Positions 19,814 through 29,291 of a stretch of 54,135 nucleotides of DNA are shown here, in pieces. This DNA is from Candidatus Eiseniibacteriota bacterium (lineage in GTDB: Bacteria > Eisenbacteria > RBG-16-71-46), in assembly GCA_031370785.1 (NCBI GenBank), contig JANMQY010000049.1:1-54135 (forward strand), read 5' to 3'. The notes below the pieces were generated by a model. It saw nothing but the letters and a program-made list of their open reading frames with translations. It was not told the DNA's origin and made no database searches. The first letter of the stretch is position 1. Each line of letters opens with the position of its first letter. A program made the translations under genes and the position numbers.

Positions 19814-20721
19814 GCGTGGTGCTCCGGATCGTAGGGCACGCCGATCGCGCGCGGCGCGACCGCGCGTCCGATGAAGCCGGCGAGGGCGAGCATGGTGACG
19901 AGGTAGGGCAGCATCTGCAACAGCTCGTTCGGGAACGCGGAGCCCTGAAGCGTGATCTGCATCGCCTCGGCCGCGCCGAACAGCAGGCACGCCGCCGCCG
20001 CGCCGAGCGGAGACCACTTGCCGACGATCATCGCCGCAATCGCGATGTAGCCCCGGCCGCCGGTCATCCCGTCGGTGAAGCTGTGTTGCTCGCTCGCCAG
20101 CCACGCGCCGGCCAGCCCCGCCATCGCTCCGGAAAGCAGCACGCCGCGGGTGCGATACCAGACCACCGAGAGCCCAAGCGCGGCTCCGGCTTCGGGGCGC
20201 TCGCCCATCACGCGCAGGCGCAGCCCGAACACCGAGCGGAACATCAGCCATTGCGCGCCCAGGGTAAGGAGCACCGCGAGCAGCACCATGGGCTGCGCCA
20301 GCACCGGACCCAGCGCCGGCAGGTGCTCGATCCCGGCCAGCGGCAGGTCGGGTAGCCCGACCACGCGGCTCGAATTGGAAGAGGAGTGAAACACCTGGAG
20401 CAGCACGAACTTGGTGAGCCCTAAGGCGAGCAGGTTGATGCCGAGCCCGCTCGTGATCTGGTCGGCACCGAGCCCGATCGTGACTCCGGCGTGCACCAGC
20501 GCGGTCAGCGTGCCCGCGAGCACCGCGCACGCGAGCCCGATCCACGGATCGCCGCTCGCGTAGGCGCCGAGCGTGTAGGCGAGCGCGCCGTTCAGCATCA
20601 TGCCTTCGAGCCCGATGTTGATCACGCCGCCGCGCTCGCTCAGGCTCGCGCCGACCGCGGCGAAGGTGTAGGGCACGCTGATGCGCAGCGTTGCGGCGAT
20701 GAACAGCAGCAGCGGGCTCAT
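19810..20721 (-). CDS. Nucleoside/sugar ABC transporter permease (NupC-like)
   Basis: SERGGVINIGLEG, GLRLRVMGE.P.A, GRGYIAIAA, QMLPY motifs. Confidence 0.92.
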   Translation of the reverse strand: MSPLLLFIAATLRISVPYTFAAVGASLSERGGVINIGLEGMMLNGALAYTLGAYASGDPWIGLACAVLAGTLTALVHAGVTIGLGADQITSGLGINLLALGLTKFVLLQVFHSSSNSSRVVGLPDLPLAGIEHLPALGPVLAQPMVLLAVLLTLGAQWLMFRSVFGLRLRVMGERPEAGAALGLSVVWYRTRGVLLSGAMAGLAGAWLASEQHSFTDGMTGGRGYIAIAAMIVGKWSPLGAAAACLLFGAAEAMQITLQGSAFPNELLQMLPYLVTMLALAGFIGRAVAPRAIGVPYDPEHHA

Positions 20722-21806
20722 CCGTGCTTCCTCGCAATCCGCTCGAACACCTGTTGCGCGCCAATGGTGAGCAGGATGACCAGCGCCTGCAGCACCTCGA
20801 CCAGCTCGCGCGGCACGCGCTGGTTGATGACCAGCCCGCCGTACGAGAGCGCGCCGAAAAACAGCGCGGCGATGAGCACGCCCACCGGATGGTTGCGTCC
20901 GAGCAGCGCGACCGCAATTCCGAGGTATCCCGAGCCGCCCGAGAATCCGAGCTCGAACCAGTGCTTGTAGCCAAGCACGAAATTGACCCCGCCCAGACCC
21001 GCCACCGCGCCCGAGAGCGTCATCGCCACCACCTGGGTGCGTCCGATCGAAACCCCGCCGTACTCCGCGGCCGGCGCGTTCAGCCCGACCGCGCGCAGCT
21101 CGTAGCCGAGTCGGGTGCGGAACAGCAGCACGCCGACCGCGACCGCCAGGATCCCGGCGACCAATAGCGAAAAGTTCGCGGGCGAGCCGCGCAGCGCCGG
21201 CCAGAGGATGTCGAGGCGCGGCAACGCGGCCGCCGGCGCGATCTCGGCGGTGCGCACCGTGGCGTGCTCGAACAGCGAGTGCCCCGCGTAGGAAACCATC
21301 GCCACCGCGATGAAGTTGAGCATGATGGTGTTGATCACCTCATGCGCGCCGAAGCGGGCCTTGAGCACGCCCGGGATGGCGCCCCACACGCCGCCCGCCA
21401 GCGCGGCCGCGGCCAGCGCGGCCGGCAGGAGCAGAAACGCGGGCGCGCCGCTCATCGCGATCCCGGCGAGCGCGGCGGCGAAGCCGCCGAGATAGAGCTG
21501 GCCCTCGACCCCGATGTTGAACAGTCCGGCGCGGAAGCCGAGCGCGACCGCGAGCCCGGTGAACATGAGCGGTGTGGCCTTGAACAGCGTCTGTCCGATT
21601 CCGTACCCGGTGCCGAGACTCTCGCGCAGCATGAGCGCGTAGATCTCGAGCGGATGCTCGCCGATCGCGAGGATGAAGACCGCGCCGACGCCCAGCGCGA
21701 GCGTGACCGCGGCCAGCGGTGCGCCGAGCGTGATCCACGCGGCCGCGCCGCGGCGCGAGGCGGCGCCCGCAACCGGCGCCTGCGCGACCCCCGGCGCCGC
21801 GCTCAC
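20718..21806 (-). CDS. Nucleoside/sugar ABC transporter permease (NupB-like)
   Basis: FRAGLFNIGVEGQ, HEVINTIMLN, GYELRAVG.N..AAEYGG, GIAVALLGRNHP motifs. Confidence 0.92.
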   Translation of the reverse strand: MSAAPGVAQAPVAGAASRRGAAAWITLGAPLAAVTLALGVGAVFILAIGEHPLEIYALMLRESLGTGYGIGQTLFKATPLMFTGLAVALGFRAGLFNIGVEGQLYLGGFAAALAGIAMSGAPAFLLLPAALAAAALAGGVWGAIPGVLKARFGAHEVINTIMLNFIAVAMVSYAGHSLFEHATVRTAEIAPAAALPRLDILWPALRGSPANFSLLVAGILAVAVGVLLFRTRLGYELRAVGLNAPAAEYGGVSIGRTQVVAMTLSGAVAGLGGVNFVLGYKHWFELGFSGGSGYLGIAVALLGRNHPVGVLIAALFFGALSYGGLVINQRVPRELVEVLQALVILLTIGAQQVFERIARKHG

Positions 21807-23332
21807 GCGTGCGCTCCGGCGTCGGCGCGGCCGGTCATGTACAGGCCGAGCACGCGCTCATCGGTGCGCGATGGCAGCGTCTCGTGAACCAACCGGCCCT
21901 CGTACATCACGAACACGCGGTCGGAGAGCGCGAGGATCTCACTGAGCTCGGAGGAGACCAGCAGCACCGCGCGCCCCGCGTCGCGCTCGGCCAGCAGCCG
22001 GCCGTGGATGAACGCGACCGCGCCCAGGTCCACGCCGCGGGTCGGGTGCGCTGCCAGCAGAACCTGGGCGCCGCGCGTCAGCTCGCGCGCCGCGATCAGC
22101 TTCTGCTGATTGCCGCCCGACAGCGCGCCGGCGCGCGCCGCGGGATCGGGCGGGCGCACGTCGTACTCGCCGAGCAGGCGCGTTGCGCGGCGCGCGAGCC
22201 GGGATGGGATAAGCATCGGGCCCGGCCCGAGCTCGGGAAGGCGATGGAGCCCGAGCACCAGGTTCTCGGCCAGCGTCATCGGGGGAACCAGCCCGCGATG
22301 CAGCCGGTCGCTCGGAATGTGCGCGAGCCCGGCCTCGAAGTGCTCGCGCGCCGATCTGCCGGAGACCGCGCGCGAGGCGATGCGGATCGTGCCGCGGTCG
22401 GGGGCGTGGAGGCCGGCCAGACATTCGATCAGCTGGTGCTGGCCGTTGCCCTCGACCCCGGCGATACCGACGATTTCCCCGGCGCCGACATGGAAGGTCA
22501 CCCCGCGCACCGCGGGCAGGCCGCGCGAATCGCGCACCGCGAGGTCGCGCACCTCGAGCAGCGGAATCGCCGCATCGCGCGTGGCGCGTGGCGCGAGCGG
22601 CGGGATCGGCCGGCCCACCATCAGCTCGGCGATGCGCTCGATGCTCAGCTCCGAGATCGCGCCGCCGCCCACCACCTCGCCCGCGCGCATCACGGTCACC
22701 CGGTCGGCGATCGCCTTCACCTCGGCCAGCTTGTGGGTGATGAGCACGATGGTCACGCCCTGCGCCTGCAGCGCGCGCAGAACCGCGAACAGCTCGTCCA
22801 CCTCCTGCGGCGTGAGCACCGCGGTGGGCTCGTCCAGGATCAGCACACGCGCCCCGTGATAGAGCGCCTTCAGTATCTCGACCCGCTGCTGTGCGCCCAC
22901 CGAGAGCCGCGAGACCGGCGAAGCCGGCTCGACCGGAAGGCGGTAGCGCTCGGCGAGCTTGGCCACTTCGCGCTCGGCCTGCTCGCGCCGGTAGCCGGAA
23001 AGCGCGCCGTGCGGCTCGCGCCCGAGCGTCACGTTCTCCGCCACGGTGAGCGTGTCCACCAGCAGGAAGTGCTGGTGCACCATGCCGAGCCCGAGCTTCA
23101 TCGCCGCCGCCGGATCGGGGATCCGCACCGGCCGCCCATCCACCTCGATGGTGCCGGCGTCGGGCTGGAGCAGCCCGTAGAGCACGCGCATCAGCGTGGT
23201 CTTGCCCGCGCCGTTCTCACCGACCAGCGCGTGGATCTCGCCACACGCGATCTCGAGGCTGACGTTGCGATTTGCGACGAGCGAGCCGAAGCGACGGGTG
23301 ATGCCCCGGAGCGAGGCGGCGGGCTGAGCCAT
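21803..23332 (-). CDS. Nucleoside/sugar ABC transporter ATP-binding protein (two fused NBDs, NupA-like)
   Basis: Walker A GENGAGKTT, GMVHQHF, LILDEPTAVL, second signature LSGGNQQK, PTRGVD. Start ATG 23332. Confidence 0.93.
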   Translation of the reverse strand: MAQPAASLRGITRRFGSLVANRNVSLEIACGEIHALVGENGAGKTTLMRVLYGLLQPDAGTIEVDGRPVRIPDPAAAMKLGLGMVHQHFLLVDTLTVAENVTLGREPHGALSGYRREQAEREVAKLAERYRLPVEPASPVSRLSVGAQQRVEILKALYHGARVLILDEPTAVLTPQEVDELFAVLRALQAQGVTIVLITHKLAEVKAIADRVTVMRAGEVVGGGAISELSIERIAELMVGRPIPPLAPRATRDAAIPLLEVRDLAVRDSRGLPAVRGVTFHVGAGEIVGIAGVEGNGQHQLIECLAGLHAPDRGTIRIASRAVSGRSAREHFEAGLAHIPSDRLHRGLVPPMTLAENLVLGLHRLPELGPGPMLIPSRLARRATRLLGEYDVRPPDPAARAGALSGGNQQKLIAARELTRGAQVLLAAHPTRGVDLGAVAFIHGRLLAERDAGRAVLLVSSELSEILALSDRVFVMYEGRLVHETLPSRTDERVLGLYMTGRADAGAHA

Positions 23333-23536
23333 GGGGCGCGCAGCGTAGCGGCCGGCCGCGCCACGCGTCCAGCACCGTCGCCGGCGGGAGCCACGCGAGG
23401 GGGGCGGCTCCCGAAGGGTTCTCGACTGGGTGTGACTGGCGGGTCTCGGGTACAATCTGTGCGGGTTTCCCGGCCCTGCGGTGTATCACGTTCGAGTGCC
23501 GGCCCATCCATCCGCCCATCGACCCGAGAGTGAAGC

Positions 23537-24262
23537 GTGACCCCTGCCAGACTTCAATCGTCGCTCTGCGCCCTCGCCCTGGTCGCGGGCCTCCTCAGCC
23601 GTAGCCCTGCGTCGGCTTCCGGCATCAACCTGTCGTGGAACGATTGCGGGACCTATGGCGTGGGTGGGAAATCCTCGCCCTGCACCGCGAACAGCGGGGT
23701 CAACATCATCGTCGGCTCGTTCGTGCCGCCACCAGGGATCAACACGCTGGTGGCGATCGCGGCCACCCTCGATGTGCAGACCAGCTCGCCGGTGCTGCCC
23801 AACTGGTGGCAGCTGGACCGGGACAACGGCTGCCGGCCCTCGTCGCTCTCCAGCCAGTTCAACATCCAGACGCTCTCTTCATGCGCCGACTTCTGGCAGG
23901 GGCAGGGCCTCGGGATGATGGACTATCGCCGGAGCGACCGCGGCGCCAACCGCGGGTTGCTTCGCCTGGTGTGCGCGATCGATGAGAACGCCGGCCGGTC
24001 GGTGGATTCGGGCACGGAGTACTACGCGTTTCAGGTGGTCATCAACAACGCTCGTTCGAGCGGAAGCGACGCGTGCTCGGGATGCATGACTCCCACCTGC
24101 ATCATTCTCAATTCGATCGAGCTCGATCAGTTCGGCGGCCCCGCGCCGCAAATCCTCACCAATCCGGTCAATCGCAGCATGGTGACCTGGCAGGGCGGCG
24201 AGTGTCAGGGAGGAGTGCGCAACCGCACCTTTGGCCAGATCAAGTCGATCTACCGCAACTAG
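23537..24262 (+). CDS. Cys-rich exported protein, paralog 1, with C-terminal RNRTFGQIKSIYRN motif
   Basis: Signal peptide ending SPASA. Shares WNDC, VGSF, LP.WWQL..GCR, C.DFW, EYY.FQV and AC.GC.TP blocks with the two downstream ORFs. Confidence 0.8.
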   Translation: MTPARLQSSLCALALVAGLLSRSPASASGINLSWNDCGTYGVGGKSSPCTANSGVNIIVGSFVPPPGINTLVAIAATLDVQTSSPVLPNWWQLDRDNGCRPSSLSSQFNIQTLSSCADFWQGQGLGMMDYRRSDRGANRGLLRLVCAIDENAGRSVDSGTEYYAFQVVINNARSSGSDACSGCMTPTCIILNSIELDQFGGPAPQILTNPVNRSMVTWQGGECQGGVRNRTFGQIKSIYRN

Positions 24263-24279
24263 AATCGCGGAGGCGTTCA

Positions 24280-25056
24280 ATGATCTCGAGGCCGCTACAG
24301 ATCGCGCTGCTGGTTCTCGCCTGCTCCGCCGCGCGCGCGGATGCCTACGGCATCAACATGGCGTGGAACGACTGCGCCTCTTCCGGGGGCACTGTCAACA
24401 GGCCCTTCAACTGCGGCATCAACACCGGGCAGGATGTTCTGGTCGGCTCGTTCGTGCTGCCCGTGGCCGCACCTTCCGTGATCAGCCTCGAGGCGACCAT
24501 TGGGATCATCAACGAGCCGACATTCACGATCTGCGATCCGATCCCGCCCAATCCACAGGGCTGCGTGTATCCACCGCTGCCGTCCTGGTGGCAGCTGCAG
24601 ACCGGCGGGTGTCGCGCGGGCGCGCTGAGCGTGGCCACCAACTTCCTTCAGCCGCCATTTGGCAGTGGCGTCTGCATGGACTTCTGGCAGAACCAGGCGC
24701 TGGGCTTTTCGAACTACGAGTGGAACGTCAACGGGACCGGACAGGCCCGGCTGCGACTGGCGATCGCGATTCCGACCGATCAGGCGGCGTCCCTGGCGGA
24801 GGGTCAGGAGTATTACGGGTTCCAGGTGGTGCTGAGGCACACGCGGGCGATCGGCACGGACGCATGCGAGGGATGCTGCACTCCGGTCACGCTGTTCTGC
24901 GAACAGATGACGGTCGTGCAGAATTATCCGACGCCCGACATGGTCCTTTCCACGCCCGACCAGCAGAACTGGGTGACCTGGAACAACGGAAACCTCGCGT
25001 GCGTGACGCCGACCCGCAATCGCACCTGGGGAGGCATCAAGGCGACGTATCGGTGA
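24280..25056 (+). CDS. Cys-rich exported protein, paralog 2, with C-terminal RNRTWGGIKATYR motif
   Basis: GGAGG RBS before ATG 24280, signal peptide, same conserved blocks. Confidence 0.82.
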   Translation: MISRPLQIALLVLACSAARADAYGINMAWNDCASSGGTVNRPFNCGINTGQDVLVGSFVLPVAAPSVISLEATIGIINEPTFTICDPIPPNPQGCVYPPLPSWWQLQTGGCRAGALSVATNFLQPPFGSGVCMDFWQNQALGFSNYEWNVNGTGQARLRLAIAIPTDQAASLAEGQEYYGFQVVLRHTRAIGTDACEGCCTPVTLFCEQMTVVQNYPTPDMVLSTPDQQNWVTWNNGNLACVTPTRNRTWGGIKATYR

Positions 25057-25159
25057 GCACGATCGGACCGCTTTGACGTCCGGCGCCCCGTGCGCCGGAC
25101 GTACTGGATCGGAAGCACATGCCAGCAGGGACGCGGACCACTTTCGCCGGGGAGGTCCC

Positions 25160-25939
25160 ATGAAACTGCGCTTACCCATGCTCATCGCCGGCGTCTCACT
25201 CCTCTTCGCGAGCGCCGCGCTCGCCCAGGGCGACCTGCGCCTCGGGTGGAACAACTGCCGGGCCGACGGCGGTCTGCAGAACACGAGCTTCACCTGCGCC
25301 ACCAACACCGGCAGCGAAATCCTGGTAGGAACCTTCGTGCCGCCCTTCGACCTGCCGGCAGTGATCGGGCTCGAAGCTCTGCTCTACGTGATCGGGGAAC
25401 CGACCTACTCCTACTGCGACGGACCCGGCTGCCCGCCACCCGGGAACTACGACCTGCCGTCGTGGTGGCACCTTCAGGCCGGAGGGTGCCGGGCGACCTC
25501 GCTCATTGCCTCCTGTAACTTCGCATCGGAACCGTTCGCGTCCTCCACCCACTGCCTCGATGTCTGGTACGGACAGGCCTTCGCCGGCTTGCAATACGAC
25601 TATCCCCACCTCTCGACCAAATCCGCGCGGCTGCGTGTGGCCGTCGCAGTCAATGAGGCGTCCGCGGCCGCGCTCGTCGCCGGGCAGGAGTACTACGGCT
25701 TCCAGGTGATCGTGCGCAATACGAAGACCGTCGGCACCGGCGCCTGCGACGGGTGCTGCACCCCGGTCACCATCCTCTTCGACACGATGACGCTGACCAA
25801 CATGCAGCCGGATGGCGCCGCGTACTTCACGTTCTATCCCTCGGGCTACGAGTTCTTCGCGACCTGGCAGAACCCGTCCTCCTGTCCGACGCCGACGCGC
25901 AATCGGACGTGGGGCGAGATCAAGGCGACGTATCGGTAG
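25160..25939 (+). CDS. Cys-rich exported protein, paralog 3, with C-terminal RNRTWGEIKATYR motif
   Basis: GGAGG RBS before ATG 25160, signal peptide MKLRLPMLIAGVSLLFASAALA, same conserved blocks. Confidence 0.82.
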   Translation: MKLRLPMLIAGVSLLFASAALAQGDLRLGWNNCRADGGLQNTSFTCATNTGSEILVGTFVPPFDLPAVIGLEALLYVIGEPTYSYCDGPGCPPPGNYDLPSWWHLQAGGCRATSLIASCNFASEPFASSTHCLDVWYGQAFAGLQYDYPHLSTKSARLRVAVAVNEASAAALVAGQEYYGFQVIVRNTKTVGTGACDGCCTPVTILFDTMTLTNMQPDGAAYFTFYPSGYEFFATWQNPSSCPTPTRNRTWGEIKATYR

Positions 25940-26026
25940 TTGTTACTCCAGTAGCATCCCATGGAAACATCGAGGCCAGGCGCGCATCGCACCGGGCCTC
26001 AATCGTTTCATGAGGGCGCAGCGCCT

Positions 26027-27280
26027 TCAGGGAAAGATGCCGCGCACCCGCGTGGCTTCGGCGACACGCCCGACCGCCACCACGTACGCGCCGTCGCGCA
26101 GGCTCATCTTGCCACGGGACGCGGTCTCGGCGACCGCGCGGTAGGCCTTGACCATCGAGCGCTCGAGGCGCTGGTCGACTTCGTTCTCGTCCCAGAAGTA
26201 GGACGAGAAGTCCTGCACCCATTCGAAGTAGGAGACGGTCACGCCGCCGGCATTCGCGAGAATGTCGGGGATCACCGTGATGCCGCGGCGGAACAGCTCA
26301 TCGTCGGCGGTCGGGGTGGTGGGGCCATTAGCCGCTTCCGCGATGATCTTCGCCTTGACCCGCGCCGCATTGTCCGAGGTGATCTGATTCTCGAGCGCGG
26401 ATGGCGCGAGGATGTCCACGTCCAGCTCGAGCAGCCGCGCGTTGGTGATCGGCGTGCCGGGCTTGAAAGTCTTCAGGCTCTTGCCCTTCTTCTTGTGCGC
26501 GTGAAGCCGGGCCGGATCCAGTCCCTTCGGGTTGTGCACGCCGCCGCCCGAATCCGAAGCGGCCACGATCCTCGCGCCCTCGGCATGGAGCAGGGTGGCC
26601 AGCGTGCCGCCCGCGTTGCCGAAGCCCTGGATCGCGACCGTGCTGCCGGCGAGCTTCATCTTGCGGTCGCGGCACGCCTCGCGCAGAACGAACTGCACGC
26701 CGCGCGCGGTCGCCTTGTCTCGGCCCTTGGATCCACCGAGCGAGAGCGGTTTGCCGGTCACCACGCCGAGCGTGGTCGCGCCCTTGGTCATGCTGTAGGT
26801 GTCCATGATCCACGCCATGGTCTGGGAATCGGTGTAGACGTCGGGTGCCGGAATGTCCTGATCGGGCCCGATCAGCGGCAGGATCTCGCTGGCGTAGCGC
26901 CGCGTCATGCGCTCGAGCTCGCCGTGCGAGAGCTTGTGCGGGTCGACCACGATTCCGCCCTTGCCGCCGCCGAACGGCAGATCGAGGCACGCGCACTTCC
27001 AGGTCATCCACGAAGCCAGCGCCTTCACCTCGTCGAGCGTCACGTCGGGATGGAAGCGGATCCCGCCCTTGGCCGGGCCGCGCGCCATGTTGTGCGCCAC
27101 CCGATGCCCGGTGAAGACGTGGTACTTGCCGTCGTCCATGCGCACCGGGATCGACACAGTGAGCGAGCGCTTCGGCGTGGACAGGATGGCGCGTAGCCCC
27201 TCGTCCAGCTTGAGCCGCTTCGCCGCGCGCTCGAACTGCGACTGCGCGATCTTGAACGGGTTCAGGTCTTCGCGCGGCAT
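26027..27280 (-). CDS. gdhA: Glu/Leu/Phe/Val dehydrogenase, most likely glutamate dehydrogenase
   Basis: RGPAKGGIRFHP, MTWKCA..DLPFGGGKGG, DIPAPDV, GKP..LGGS.GR, QGFGNAG, EAANGP, PDILANAGGVTVSYFEWVQ. Confidence 0.92.
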   Translation of the reverse strand: MPREDLNPFKIAQSQFERAAKRLKLDEGLRAILSTPKRSLTVSIPVRMDDGKYHVFTGHRVAHNMARGPAKGGIRFHPDVTLDEVKALASWMTWKCACLDLPFGGGKGGIVVDPHKLSHGELERMTRRYASEILPLIGPDQDIPAPDVYTDSQTMAWIMDTYSMTKGATTLGVVTGKPLSLGGSKGRDKATARGVQFVLREACRDRKMKLAGSTVAIQGFGNAGGTLATLLHAEGARIVAASDSGGGVHNPKGLDPARLHAHKKKGKSLKTFKPGTPITNARLLELDVDILAPSALENQITSDNAARVKAKIIAEAANGPTTPTADDELFRRGITVIPDILANAGGVTVSYFEWVQDFSSYFWDENEVDQRLERSMVKAYRAVAETASRGKMSLRDGAYVVAVGRVAEATRVRGIFP

Positions 27281-27323
27281 GAATCCTCCCGGATGCGGGT
27301 GGGCCTCGAGTCGTGACGCCGGA

Positions 27324-28196
27324 TCAGGATCCGGAGTGCGCGGCGGCGGCGGCGTTCCCCTGGTAGGCCAGCTCGATGTTCTTCTGATGGATCTCCTTCA
27401 TCGGGAATTCGGGATGACGCTCGATGTCGTCCATCGCCGCCAGCTCCTGCTGCGCTCGCTCGAGCGGAACTCCTCTGGCGCGCAGCTCGCGCGTGCGCCG
27501 GTCCAGCGTCTCGAGATAGTCGAGATCGCGACGGAATCGCCCGGCGACCGCTGCGGCGCCGCGCGCGATCGAGCCGTGGCCGGGGATGAGCGTCTCGATC
27601 GGGTTTCCCGAGGCGACCGGCAATAGCGTGTGCAGCGTGGCGAGGTAGACCGAAGGGGCGGTATTGAGCGTCGGCACTTCGATGTCGGACAGCATGTCGG
27701 CGGCGATCAGCGTGTGCTGCTCCGGCAGATGCAGGCTGAGCTGGCTGTCGCTGTGACCGAACGCGTCGCGGAACACAAGGCGCCAGGGGTCCAGCTTCGA
27801 GAAGCGCAGGCCGCTCAGCAGCTCCTTGGGATGGAACGGCTCGAATCGCTTCGCCCAGGTCTCGCCGTGTTTCGCGGCGAGCGCGTCGGCCTCCTCATGG
27901 ATCCACTGCATGGTGCGCTGGAGATCCGCCGGGAACCGGTCGTGGGCGATGGTGCGCGCCTGGGGCCACCACCCGCGCCCGAGCACGTGATCCCAGTGCG
28001 CGTGGGTGAACACCAGCGTCACCGCCTTTGCGCCGGAGGTTCGCACCCGCGCCGCGATGTCGTCGATCTCGCTCGGCAGGACGCCCGGGTCCACGACCAC
28101 CGCGTGCTCGGGGTGAAGGAGCAGCACCGAGTTCATCAGGAAGGCGCGGCTCTGCCGCACGTGGATGCCGTCGCCGAGATCGGTCCAGGGGGTCAT
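27324..28196 (-). CDS. Metallo-beta-lactamase-fold hydrolase
   Basis: VVDPG, THAHWDH (HxHxDH), GHS, ADML, IPGHG. Confidence 0.88.
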   Translation of the reverse strand: MTPWTDLGDGIHVRQSRAFLMNSVLLLHPEHAVVVDPGVLPSEIDDIAARVRTSGAKAVTLVFTHAHWDHVLGRGWWPQARTIAHDRFPADLQRTMQWIHEEADALAAKHGETWAKRFEPFHPKELLSGLRFSKLDPWRLVFRDAFGHSDSQLSLHLPEQHTLIAADMLSDIEVPTLNTAPSVYLATLHTLLPVASGNPIETLIPGHGSIARGAAAVAGRFRRDLDYLETLDRRTRELRARGVPLERAQQELAAMDDIERHPEFPMKEIHQKNIELAYQGNAAAAAHSGS

Positions 28197-28230
28197 GCTT
28201 TTTTCCTGCGCTCCCCATTTGAAAGCACGA

Positions 28231-28254
28231 CCCGGGGCGGCTGGGCGCCCCGGG
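28231..28254 (-). terminator. Hairpin downstream of the BMP gene (possible terminator/stabiliser)
   Basis: 9-bp stem CCCGGGGCG / CGCCCCGGG with a 6-nt loop, followed on the minus strand by a weak T-rich tail. Confidence 0.45.
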
Positions 28255-28268
28255 CTTCCTGCGATTCG

Positions 28269-29291
28269 CTAGTGCGACGGCACCTTGATCCGGCCGGCGA
28301 CGATCGCGTCGCGCAGCGAATCTACCGTCGCCTTGACCGGCGCCGGGATCTGCGCGGCGTTGCGCGCGTCGTACACCCAGCCCACGCCGTTCTCGGCCAG
28401 GCCCAGCTGCTGCACCCCGCCCTTGAAGTGGCCTTCGCGTGCGTCACGAATCGTGTTGAACACCGCGACCTCGACGTGCTTGACCATCGAAGTGAGAACC
28501 GTGCCCGGCGCTTCGTCGTACTGGTCCGAGTCCACGCCGATCGCCAGGTGTTTGGTATCCTTCGCCGCCTCGAACACCCCGAGCCCGGTCGAGCCCGAGG
28601 CGTGATAGATGATGTCGGCGCCCTGCTGGAATTCGGCGAGCGCCAGCTCCTTGCCCTTGGTCGGATCCTTGAACGCGGCGCCGGTGGTGCCCGCGTACTT
28701 CACGATCACCTGTGCGTGCGGATCGACCGCGTGAACGCCGGCACGGTAGCCGGTCTCGAACTTCTTGATCAGTGGGATCTGCATGCCGCCGACGAAGCCG
28801 ACCTTGCCGGTCCTGGAGAGCTTCGCGGCGAGCGCGCCGACCAGGAACGAGCCCTCCTCCTCGCGGAACGTGAGCGCAGCGAGGTTCGGCGGAAGCGAGT
28901 CGTTCGTCACCGTGTAGTCGACGCACGCGAACTTCACGTCGGGGAATTCGGTCGCGAGCTGGCGGATGTCGTCGCTGAACAGGAATCCGACCCCGAACAC
29001 CAGCTGCGAGCCGCCGGCCGCGAGCTGGCGCATCGCCGCTTCGCGATCCGTGCCCTCGCCGGTCTCGATCGTCGCGATCTCGACGCCCAGCACCTTCTTC
29101 GCGCTGTCGAGGCCGGCCGCCGCGGCGTCGTTGAACGACTTGTCGCCGCGCCCTCCGACGTCGAACACCAGCCCGACTTTGTAGGCGCCGGAGTTCGACG
29201 CTCCGGAGTCGGTCTTACGGGCGCAGCTTGCGACCAGTGCGCCGAGCACGGCGGCGACCGCGAGCGCGCGGACGATCGGACGAAACGTCAT
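28269..29291 (-). CDS. BMP/PnrA-family nucleoside ABC transporter substrate-binding lipoprotein
   Basis: Lipobox [55 protein letters not shown]. Confidence 0.92.
   Translation of the reverse strand: MTFRPIVRALAVAAVLGALVASCARKTDSGASNSGAYKVGLVFDVGGRGDKSFNDAAAAGLDSAKKVLGVEIATIETGEGTDREAAMRQLAAGGSQLVFGVGFLFSDDIRQLATEFPDVKFACVDYTVTNDSLPPNLAALTFREEEGSFLVGALAAKLSRTGKVGFVGGMQIPLIKKFETGYRAGVHAVDPHAQVIVKYAGTTGAAFKDPTKGKELALAEFQQGADIIYHASGSTGLGVFEAAKDTKHLAIGVDSDQYDEAPGTVLTSMVKHVEVAVFNTIRDAREGHFKGGVQQLGLAENGVGWVYDARNAAQIPAPVKATVDSLRDAIVAGRIKVPSH

Noticed and set aside
18962..20974. 670-aa ORF suggesting an N-terminally extended PNP fusion
   Set aside because: The upstream part is an off-frame reading of the permease genes. 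The real start is ATG 19813, overlapping the permease stop.
25006..25939. Near-identical 51-nt sequences as CRISPR repeats or a DGR TR/VR pair
   Set aside because: They are paralogous coding ends about 880 nt apart. Differences are mostly synonymous and not confined to adenines. No cas or reverse transcriptase gene is in the window.
25961..27196. 411-aa ORF antisense to gdhA
   Set aside because: Typical stop-free antisense frame of a GC-biased conserved gene.
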